Origin: Leptogorgia sarmentosa
Lineage: Eukaryota
NCBI GenBank assembly: GCA_964658305.1
Contig: OZ210885.1
Span: forward strand, 4,464,001-4,528,000
DNA: 64,000 nt
Reading direction: 5' to 3'
The notes beneath the pieces are model-generated. The model searched no databases. It had not been told where the DNA came from and saw nothing but the letters and a program-made list of their open reading frames with translations. The position numbers and the translations under genes are program-made. Below, piece after piece: positions 27,245 through 37,566 of this stretch; the first letter of the stretch is position 1; each line of letters begins with the position of its first letter.

Positions 27245-28887
27245 ATGTTTGCACGTAGAAAAGCTCAAATAGATTGGAAGTCTGTAGACGGGGCGTTTAC
27301 AAAACCGAGGCGATTGCATTTGGTGAAAGGCAGCGATGGCTTACATCATTGTCCAGTAATAGCTTGTGAACATTCAAGATTTGGCAGTCAAAGAGGCTGT
27401 CGTAAACATGTTAAAACTATACATGCATGATATTACTATTTTGACAAAAGGCCCGAAGTGTGCCTTTCGCCGCTTGCAATCACCGAAACGCAGCGAAGAT
27501 CTGGTAAAGCAGTCCCGGGCTGTTCCACAGATAATGACTTTGCTAGATCGTTTTCAAAATGGCTTCAAAGCAGCTGTGGCGGCGGCAAATCTGCCACACA
27601 ATCGGACGTTTCGGTTAACCGAGCATTAAAGTTCATAAAGTTTTGTTGTGACGAGAATGGCGAGGGCGAAGAAGACGTGCTCAATGCACCTAATCTCATC
27701 GATTACGCCTTGGGGTCTCCACAACTAGTAACAAAGTTTGTGGACGCTCTCAAAGAGAAGTGGTGTATTGGACACTCAGGAGAAATTGGGTATGTCGCAA
27801 GTATTTCTGATTTACTAGATTTTCGCAAATTCAATCGTCCCCCTGCAACGGTGCTTCAAAACTTCGCAGTTACCGAAGTGTATGTAAAGAGAGCGCGAAA
27901 GTATTTAGCCAAAGACATGAGATCAAATTGGACCACCGAACTGGGTATAGAAACCCTCGAATCCCGTAGAAGTTGGGCGACTATTTCCGAAATACAATCC
28001 GTCATTCCATTTCACGAGGACCGTTATAAATCTGTATTAGAAAATTGTATGATATCACCTTCTACAGTCAAAACAGGGGACGTCACATTTGCCACCAGAT
28101 TCGTTGCAGCTTACATGTTCCTCAAAGTGAAAGGTTGCCGCGCAATGACCTACCAACATCTCACCTTGCGAATGTTTGAATGTGCGAAAAGAAATGAAGG
28201 AATAGTGGATCAGAAAGTATTCAAGACCGCTAAAACGTATGGGTTTGACAGTGTTTACTTTGACGAATGCAGCATCCAGTTACTGGAAAAGTATATAGCG
28301 TATGTAAGGCCCCTTCTCACACCCACTTGCGACTATGTGTTGGTGAATCGAAACGGTAAACAGTTCCAAAAACTTTCTAATCTTTTGAGTGTATTGGTGT
28401 TTGAAGCAATAGGAAAATACATTCATCCAACTAGGTACAGACAGATCATCGAAACAGAAAGTGCGCAAGTTCTCCTGCCAAACGAACAGCAGTGGATATC
28501 TGAAGACCAAAAGCATAGCTCCAACATTGCCCGTGTACATTATCAGAAGAAAAGATCCCGTGAAGTGGCCATGAGAGGATGTGAGTGCATGAAAAAATTA
28601 ATTGAGAGAAGTACTAGTTCACAGAGAGAAGATGAGCATGAACAACAGCCCTCGTCTGGCCCCACACATGTTGGCGAAGACACGCCCATCGTTTCCAGCC
28701 CGAAAAAAGCCAAATATACTCGAGGCCCTCGCTTCACAGGTGTGAGGAAGATAACGCCATACGCTTGGGCATTACAAAGTTCGGTTTTTGTTGGACAAGG
28801 ATATTACGCCATCCAGAATATAACTTTCATGCATGTAGACTGGCAAATACTTTAAGAAAGAGGGCGGAAGCCTTGAAATTAGTGTAA
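27245..28887 (+). pseudogene. C2H2 finger - tyrosine recombinase - Myb/SANT protein, copy 1 (546 aa when repaired)
   Basis: CPVIAC..HVKTIH finger; catalytic-like GCR, KTAK, HPTRYR and KHSSNIARVHY; TGA stop at 27428-27430 and 2-bp insertion near 28741 relative to copy 2. Confidence 0.85.
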
Positions 28888-29171
28888 TGATTGCGTGTAA
28901 ACCTTAAATAATTGTAGGTATTATTAGTGTGAATTACATGGGGAAAATGTTGTAAAGAGAAATACAAAAATCAATGTACACCTGCCTATGTGTTATTCTT
29001 TTTCCAACACTCCTTATAATATAATAGTCGTGGAAAGGAACACTACAAAAATCTGTGACATTAAATACATTCACTTTGCATCATCCTTTTGCTTGTATTG
29101 CATGACTCCAGAAATGACAAGAAAGCCTAATTATGACAACTGACAGAACAAATAATGATTGCTTTTATCAA

Positions 29172-29451
29172 CCAGGTGATCTCGATACACGGAAAAAGAC
29201 TGGGACTAGCTGTCAAATAGAAATCCATTTTTCGACCGAAACAACTGAATATCTCTCATAATATACTTTATTTCGATTTCATATTTTTGTCAGAGCTATA
29301 ATTCTCATAACCAAACATAATTACAAAGTTTCAAGTAGTTTCGTACAGAATAACAAAAGATATAAGCGTGTGAATATAGCAAAATGGATTTCTATTCGGG
29401 CAACCCTTTCTGAGCGCTGATTGGCTGAAACACGAATACAAGATCATCTGG
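29172..29451. mobile_element. 280-bp MITE nested in unit 1
   Basis: TIR CCAG(G/A)TGATCT with AA on both sides; absent at the matching site of unit 2 (ATCAAGACTGTG, about 36726). Confidence 0.85.
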
Positions 29452-29453
29452 AA

Positions 29454-31068
29454 GACTGTGAGAAAGAAATAGGTTAGGGTTAGAGTAAGGTTTGGGTGTG
29501 GATTATTTATAAATAACCCCAACCCGGCCCGTAATCTGACCCTAACCTATCAAGAAATAGGTTAGGGTCAGACTACGGGCCGGGTTGGGGTTATTTATTA
29601 ATAACCCTAACCCAGCCCGTAATCTGACCCTAACCTATCAAGAAATAGGTTAGGGTCAGACTATGGGCCGGGTTGGGGTTATTAATAACCCCAACCCGGC
29701 CCGTAATCTGACCCTAACCCATCAAGAAATAGGTTAGGGTCACACAACGGTTTGGGTTGTGATTATGACTTCAATAATCCACACCCAAAACTGACCCTAA
29801 ATTATTGTCCAAATACTTTTACAAACAAGTGCAAACGCAATGTATGCTTCGTTACAACCGTCACAATGTTGTGGTAAAAAATGTTGAAAGTATCGCTTGC
29901 AAAAATTTTCTAAGTAAGTGTCGAGTGTATTTAGTTTTGTCAAAACATGACCGGCTACCCAATATAAATACTAATAAAATCGACCGGCTACCATCTAAAA
30001 TAACCGGCTACCGCCATGTGGTAGCCGGTCGTCAAAAATTTTCTAAGTGTCGAGTGTATTTAGTTTTGTCAAAACTTGACCGGCTACCGGCTACCCAATA
30101 TAAATACTAATAAAATCGACCGGCTACCGACCGGCTACCATCCAAAATAACCGCTACCGCCATGTGGTAGCCGGTCGTCAACAATTTTCTAAGTGTCATT
30201 TGGCAAAATGTTGTAAGTGCCATTACAAACGTTTTGTAAGGATTTAGCAATAGCGTTATAATAATAATAATCTATTAATTAAAATCACATTGCAGTAGAA
30301 CTGAATTACATGATTATATGACAACTTTAAATAGCTACAATAAAATATTTATCGAAGATTAGGACAATGATTAATACACCTATATATACACATTGTGAAG
30401 GCTATAATACTCTAGTAATTGTACTATAATTCTCACCAAAAGTATTTAAAAGTATAAAAAAAGTATAAATGCAATAGAGACTTAGAAAATTTTTGACGAC
30501 CGGCTACCACATGGCGGTAGCCGGTTATTTTGGATGGTAGCCGGTCGATTTTATTAGTATTTATATTGGGTAGCCGGTCATGTTTTGACAAAACTAAATA
30601 CACTCGACACTTAGAAAATTTTTGACGACTGGCTACCACATGGCGGTAGCCGGTTATTTTGGATGGTAGCCGGTCGATTTTATTAGTATTTATATTGGGT
30701 AGCCGGTCATGTTTTGACAAAACTAAATACACTCGACACTTACTTAGAACATTTTTGCAAGCGATACTTTCAACATTTTTTACCACAACATTGTGACGGT
30801 TGTAACGAAGCATACATTGCGTTTGCACTTGTTTGTAAAAGTATTTGGACAATAATTTAGGGTCAGTTTTGGGTGTGGATTATTGAAGTCATAATCACAA
30901 CCCAAACCGTTGTGTGACCCAAACCTATTTCTTGATAGGTTCGGGTCAGACTACGGGCCGGGTTGGGGTTAATAAATAACCCCAACCCGGCCCGTAGTCT
31001 GACCCTAACCTATTTCTTGATAGGTTAGGGTCAGATTACGGGCCGGGTTGGGGTTATTTATTAATAAC
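29454..31068. repeat. Palindrome array plus long inverted repeat (arms about 29590-30195 and 30478-31068)
   Basis: Alternating inverted 40-bp monomers ATAGGTTAGGGTCAGAYTACGGGCCGGGTTGGGGTTAT; inner 130-bp tandem units rich in GACCGGCTACC; ORFs 29805+ and 30433- translate almost identically. Confidence 0.92.
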
Positions 31069-31284
31069 TAACTTATTTCAAGTGCACGAATGGCAAATGA
31101 GGACAACGATATTCTTGAAGGTATAATCGATGTATTACAGTGACTTGCAAGAAGAGTTGGGCAAACAAATGACACATAGGCGGTTGTAAATTGATGTGTG
31201 TATTATTTTTTTCACTCTGGCAATAATAATAATAGAAGTTTCACAACTTTACACTTTGAAAGAATAGAATGATCAAAAGAAAAG

Positions 31285-33921
31285 TCATCTGGACATCCAG
31301 TTTCTCACACTTTGCCAAAAGCTTACTTGTGGCGCTGTGCTGTATGCCGGGTTGGTCTCATCTCCACTGTCGTCGCCGTCATCATTCTGGACACTCGTAG
31401 CACTCTCCACATTGTCATCCGAGATGGAATGCTCCCCCGCACTGCCATCATCCGCCACACTGCTATCAGGAGCCACACTCGCGTCACCAAGGAGACTCGC
31501 CTCATCAAGGATGCTGGCCTCGGCAAGTACACTGGCGTCACTCTCTCCACTTGCGTAACGTTCGACACTCCCATCTCCCCTACTGCCTTCCTGCTTGGTG
31601 TCTGCGCTGTGCGCTTCTTCCGAGTTTTGGGAGGATGCGTCGTTGTCACTTTCTGGAACGATGGAGGAGAGGATAGTGGACTCTGCATCTGTGTTCTGTT
31701 CCTGCGACGCATTTTGCTCCAGGTCGGAGGGAATGGCTGCATTCGAGGATGAAGTGGTCTCCTCGTGTCTTCTCCTTTTATCACTTCGCCTGGCTACTTT
31801 GCGGGCACGAGCCTCCACGTGAAATGCCGGATGAATGTTGTCATCGTTGCTGTCATGACTCAGTGCTTGTGCGCTCGTGCGCTCGTGCTTGGTGCTTGCA
31901 GATCGGCATCCACAATTCCGGCGATGGCGTCACGCTTCCACAGGGAGGAGGACTTGTTTGCAGTAATGACGTTTCGGCGGCCATTTCCTTCTTCATACCA
32001 CAATTCCTCCGGAGGAATCAGGTGGCGATGGTCGTTAAGTTCGTTGGCTATCCATGCAATGCAGTGCATGGCATTGTTGTATAGCCAACGATCTACGCCT
32101 GGATACACGGAAGGGAGAGAGGTGGTGCGGTATATTTCCACTCGTCTCTTGACGTTCTCGTCGTCCTCGCCGAAGTTTGGCACGTCGTTTGTGGTGATGT
32201 AAAACGGGCTGTTGTTGTTTACACACCTGGGGGCGGCGTGTTTGACAGCCGTGACCATCCAACCGCCTTGAAGCAGGGTCTTCGCCAACTCAGCTGACAT
32301 GTGCACCCTGCTCCACTCGTCGATTATGACCAAACACGTGTCCTCGTTTATCATCGCGGCCGAAAACTGTGCCTCACTTGTCACCGAGACAATGTCTTGC
32401 GCAGGGATGACACGTCGCAATACGTTTGCCCACACCGTTTTACCCGAGTCACGCGGACCAACCAGTACCAGTTTCCGGGTTTTGTGGGGCATGTTGGAAC
32501 CGCAGATGCATTGGTAAAATTGTTCAGGAATGCAATTCTCACGTTCACATCCGGAAACGAATTAACAACGCCTTCTTCGAAGAAGCGCGGGTGTTGGTGG
32601 TGTGGAGGATCGATAGGGCATGAATGCCAGCGGCGAAACCTTGCCGATCTTCTCCGCGGAAATGGCGTCGGGAACGAATGAGCGGCAACTTATCGGGAAG
32701 CAGATTCCTTCAGACACTTCTATGAGGTCGGAATCGAACTCCATCTGCTCCACAAGTTCGCAGGCAGGGTGCGACAGGATTCTTTCGATGGTACTGAAAT
32801 GTCTCATCAGGGCGTCGTTGATGGCCGCGTTGCGAAGTATCTTGTTCAGATATGAGGTCACGTCCATCATTCTCACATAAGTAGCGGTCGCTCCTTCCGC
32901 TTTGCCGTAGATGGCCGAACGATGGAGGGTGTGTTCGCATATTGCCATCATGCGAGAGATCTTCTTTATGGTGCTTGTGACCTCGTTTTCTTTGGGAACG
33001 GATGTCGCCACGTTCGATTGGTGCGAGTGCAAGGTGAGACCATCCGATCGCACTCTGTCCACCGCGGTGTGTATGCCATGCTCGTACCCCTCGTGGTTCA
33101 CAACGGTGAAAACACAGGGCAGGGTTGGGAAGTGCTTCGGTTGGAAGTGCTCGTCTTCATCCTCTGCCTCATCATTCGACGACGACTGCACGTCCTCATA
33201 ACAATGGGCATTGGAGGCATCTAACATCTCCTGCACCGTGGCGTTGTTGTGGTCTTTCACAACCTGGAACAACTGCCGGCGGCAGTGTCCATCTGGTCGT
33301 TGTCCCCCTTCCTCACATTGATTGACTGGAAAAAGAGGACAGGTGTGAGGTGTAAGAAAGTGTGCATCATTTCAACACCTTGGATTGTTAGCTACACATC
33401 TTCAAATTACGTTTACCTTAATATTAGGTTCCAGGTCTTCATTGTGGAGTCGGGCAAAGAACGTGTCCTGATTGCACTCTTCGGATGGGGTGTACACAAT
33501 AAAGTACGCAATCGCGGGATACGCCTCATTCTTGGATTGCCCGGTGCTCGATCGCTTCTCGTTGGTCGATACTGCCGTGATGCAGGAGAAAAAGAAATGG
33601 ACGGATTTCATGCTTTTAATGACGTCATCCAACTTCAAGCGTTTCGACGCAATCTGGAGTGTCACCAACTCAACGTCTTCTTCCCGTACCCGCCATGTAG
33701 CACGGCACACAAGTGCTTTGTAACTTGGTCTTATCTGGTAGGATAGAGACGGATTGACCAATGTCCATGTAAATATTTTATGAACATGTGAATATGCAAT
33801 TTGTAAAAATGTGAGCTCTACATATGTGATTAAATGCACTTACCAAACTTAAAATGTTCGCTCGAAGCGAGTTTTGTATGCGCTTGGAGTCTAACTCCTT
33901 CCGCGGTTTTGGTGGCGGCAT
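31285..33921 (-). pseudogene. Spliced superfamily-3 helicase (Rep-like) gene, copy 1
   Basis: Walker A GPRDSGKT, Walker B IIDE and motif C YITTN; start MPPPKPRKELDSKR; GT-AG introns at 33735-33843 and 33326-33416; several frameshifts; acidic Ser-rich tail. Confidence 0.88.
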
Positions 33922-34807
33922 TTCTGCTCACTTTGCTTTCCTTGCTTTACTTGCTTTACTTTTCTTGACTTTCCTTTCCTTTTCTTCACTGTCCTTTCCT
34001 TGCTTTCCTTTTCTTTCCTTTACTTTCCTTTTCTTCCCTAATAACTTTTCTGAACTTTTTTTTGGAGTGTCACTCGGCGAACGGTGCAATGTTTATGGGC
34101 AAAGTGTAAATCGCGTTCGCTTTTTAAGCGTTTTCATGTACGAAATTTGCATTTGAACAGAAAAGGAACAACATTTAGTACTTGGGTCTTAATAACAATG
34201 CCATTTAAAGGTCAATTTCGCATGATTCACGGTCCGCTGCGCATATAACCGTTATTGGGCCAAACCACAACATTATAGGCATGGTTAATGAAGGGGAAAA
34301 ATAATTTAAATTTGCAAATACGTAGTAGGAGAAGTGAAAATCTTTCACTATCATCTATGAATATATTAAAACATCATGTTAGGAACACATGTAAATGAAG
34401 GGGGAGTTCCCCTTTTGAAAAGGAACAGCAATTTAAACGGAACACATTGTTCCGTTTCAATTTAAGTTGTTCCGAAAATGGGAACGCTTTAACAAATGTT
34501 GATTAAGGAACAATAATAATTGGAGTTCCTTTATTTAGGAACAAAATGTTCCGCTCTTGCAGATATAATATGTGTTAAAGTGGAACGATTTGTTCCCTTT
34601 TGTTGTTCCCTTTTATTGTTCCCTTTGGTTGTTCCCTTTTATTGTTCCCTTTTATTGTTCCCTTGTGAAGGAAGCAATGTCATGAACAATACATCTCTCA
34701 CAATGCAGTGCCTTAGGCTGTTAATAAGAAATTCAATTTATGCAGTTTGCATAAGTTGTTGTTATAAAAGCCAAGGTACTTTTGCTCGCAAACATTTTAT
34801 CGTTTAT

Positions 34808-36446
34808 ATGTTTGCACGTAGAAAAGCTCAAATAGATTGGAAGTCTGTAGACGGGGCGTTTACAAAACCGAGGCGATTGCATTTGGTGAAAGGCAGCGAT
34901 GGCTTACATCATTGTCCAGTAATAGCTTTTGAACATTCAGGATTTGGCAGTCAAAGAGGCTGTTGTAAACATGTTAAAACTATACATGCATGGTATTACT
35001 ATTTTGACAAAAAGCCCGAAGTGTGCCTTTCGCTGCTTGCAATCACCGAAACGCAGCGAAGATCTGGTAAAGCAGTCCCGGGCTGTTCCACAGATAATGA
35101 CTTTGCTAGATCGTTTTCAAAATGGCTTCAAAGCAGCTGTGGCGGCGGCAAATCTGCCACACAATCGGACGTTTCGGTTAACCGAGCATTAAAGTTCATA
35201 AAGTTTTGTTGTGACGAGAATGGCGAGGGCGAAGAAGACGTGCTCAATGCACCTAATCTCATCGATTACGCCTTGGGGTCTCCACAACTAGTAACAAAGT
35301 TTGTGGACGCTCTCAAAGAGAAGTGGTGTATTGGACACTCAGGAGAAATTGGGTATGTCGCAAGTATTTCTGATTTACTAGATTTTCGCAAATTCAATCG
35401 TCCCCCTGCAACGGTGCTTCAAAACTTCGCAGTTACCGAAGTGTATGTAAAGAGAGCGCGAAAGTATTTAGCCAAAGACATGAGATCAAATTGGACCACC
35501 GAACTGGGTATAGAAACCCTCGAATCCCGTAGAAGTTGGGCGACTATTTCCGAAATACAATCCGTCATTCCATTTCACGAGGACCGTTATAAATCTGTAT
35601 TAGAAAATTGTATGATATCACCTTCTACAGTCAAAACAGGGGACGTCACATTTGCCACCAGATTCGTTGCAGCTTACATGTTCCTCAAAGTGAAAGGTTG
35701 CCGCCCAATGACCTACCAACATCTCACCTTGCGAATGTTTGAATGTGCGAAAAGAAACGAAGGAATAGTGGATCAGAAAGTATTCAAGACCGCTAAAACG
35801 TATGGGTTTGACAGTGTTTACTTTGACGAATGCAGCATCCAGTTACTGGAAAAGTATATAGCGTATGTAAGGCCCCTTCTCACACCCACTTGCGACTATG
35901 TGTTGGTGAATCGAAACGGTAAACAGTTCCAAAAACTTTCTAATCTTTTGAGTGTATTGGTGTTTGAAGCAATAGGAAAATACATTCATCCAACTAGGTA
36001 CAGACAGATCATCGAAACAGAAAGTGCGCAAGTTCTCCTGCCAAACGAACAGCAGTGGATATCTGAAGACCAAAAGCATAGCTCCAACGTTGCCCGTGTA
36101 CATTATCAGAAGAAAAGATCCGGTGAAGTGGCCATGAGAGGACGTGAGTGCATGAAAAAATTAATTGAGAAGTAATAGTTCACAGAGAGAAGATGAGCAT
36201 GAACAACAGCCCTTGTCTGGCCCCACACATGTTGGCGAAGACACGCCCATCGTTTCCAGCCCGAAAAAAGCCAAATATACTCGAGGCCCTCGCTTCACAG
36301 GTGAGGAAGATAACGCCATACGCTTGGGCATTGCAAAGTTCGGTTTTTGTTGGACAAGGATATTACACCATCCAGAATATAACTTTCATGCATGTAGAGT
36401 GGCAAATACTTTAAGAAAGAGGGCGGAAGCCTTGAAATTAGTGTAA
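34808..36446 (+). pseudogene. C2H2 finger - tyrosine recombinase - Myb/SANT protein, copy 2
   Basis: YR domain open (GCRP, HPTRYR, KHSSNVARVHY); a 2-bp deletion near 36168 separates the Myb domain RFTGEEDNAIRLGIAKFGFCWTRIL..LRKR. Confidence 0.88.
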
Positions 36447-36730
36447 TGATTGCGTGTAAACCTTAAATAATTGTTGGTATTATTAGTGTGAATTACATGG
36501 GGAAAATGTTGTAAAGAGAAATACAAAAATCAATGTACACCTGCCTATGTGTTATTCTTTTTCCAACACTCCTTATAATATAATAGTCGTGGAAAGGAAC
36601 ACTACAAAAATCTGTGACATTAAATACATTCACTTTGCATCATCCTTTTGCTTGTATTGCACGACTCCAGAAATGACAAGAAAGCCTAATTATGACAACT
36701 GACAGAACAAATAATGTTGGGTTTCATCAA

Positions 36731-37012
36731 GACTGTGAGAAAGAAATAGGTTAGGGTTAGAGTGAGGTTTGGGAGTGGATTATTTATAAATAACCCCAAC
36801 CCGGCCCGTCGTCTGACCCTAACCTATTTCTTGACAGGTTAGGGTCAGATTACGGGCCGGGTTGGGGTTATTAATAACCCCAACCCGGCCCGTAATCTGA
36901 CCCTAACCTATTTCTTGATAGGTTAGGGTCAGCTTACGGGCCGGGTTGGGGTTATTAATAAATAACCCCAACCTGGCCCGTAGTCTGACCCTAACCTATT
37001 TCTTCATGATAG
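36731..37012. repeat. Palindrome array of unit 2
   Basis: Same 40-bp monomer in alternating orientation as at 29454; lacks the inner long inverted repeat. Confidence 0.92.
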
Positions 37013-37566
37013 TCTTTCTAAAAGTGGACATTATGTGAATGTGTAGTCAAGGTTTTTTCCTTCCTACTCAGGGGATCTTTCTCTAACTGTTGCCCTTCCC
37101 AGCTGTAATTAGACAAATGCCATTAACACACATATTTTAATTGAAATAATTATAAGTCATAGTGCACATAACGCACTAGAAAAATGTAAGGTTAATAAGT
37201 TGAGATTACATGAAATTTGTTCACAGTCACAGCGTTCAATAACATTGTTCGTACACTAATGGGTTGTTACACACTTTGAATCAACGATGATTTAATATAT
37301 TACAACACTTCTTCATAATCATATAATATAGAAAGGATTTAAACAACAGCAGCCTGGATAACGGTGTCATCTGCAGGCGAACGGATTTCATAGGTAATGC
37401 CAATGGATTTGAAATGGGATATTTCATGCAGATTTCCCTTCAATTTTCAATGGAAGTTCAGGAAACGAAATGCTTATTCAATTGTTTCGTTGCGGAAGTT
37501 TTTGGGCAATGTACATAAAATAAGATGAAGGGAATCGGCTTGTATTCATGCACACTGACAATTGTT

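Larger units (their letters stand above)
26596..34189. mobile_element. Tyrosine-recombinase plus SF3-helicase element, unit 1
   Basis: Bounded by TCT cores at 26596-26598 and 34187-34189; YR gene (+), central palindrome array, helicase gene (-). Confidence 0.85.

Noticed and set aside
29454..29800. TTAGGG motifs as an interstitial telomere
   Set aside because: They are single hexamers inside 40-bp palindromic monomers, not (TTAGGG)n tracts.
29805..30852. Twin ORFs 29805+ and 30433- as duplicated genes
   Set aside because: They are translations of the two inverted-repeat arms and their tandem units, with no recognisable protein features.
31312..33746. Many overlapping plus-strand ORFs
   Set aside because: They are antisense shadows of the GC-richer helicase coding sequence.
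34520..34807. N-terminal extension of the 551-aa ORF
   Set aside because: It starts at a TTG, runs through the GTTCC repeat cluster and is not preserved over the same length in copy 1. The ATG at 34808 is the likelier start.
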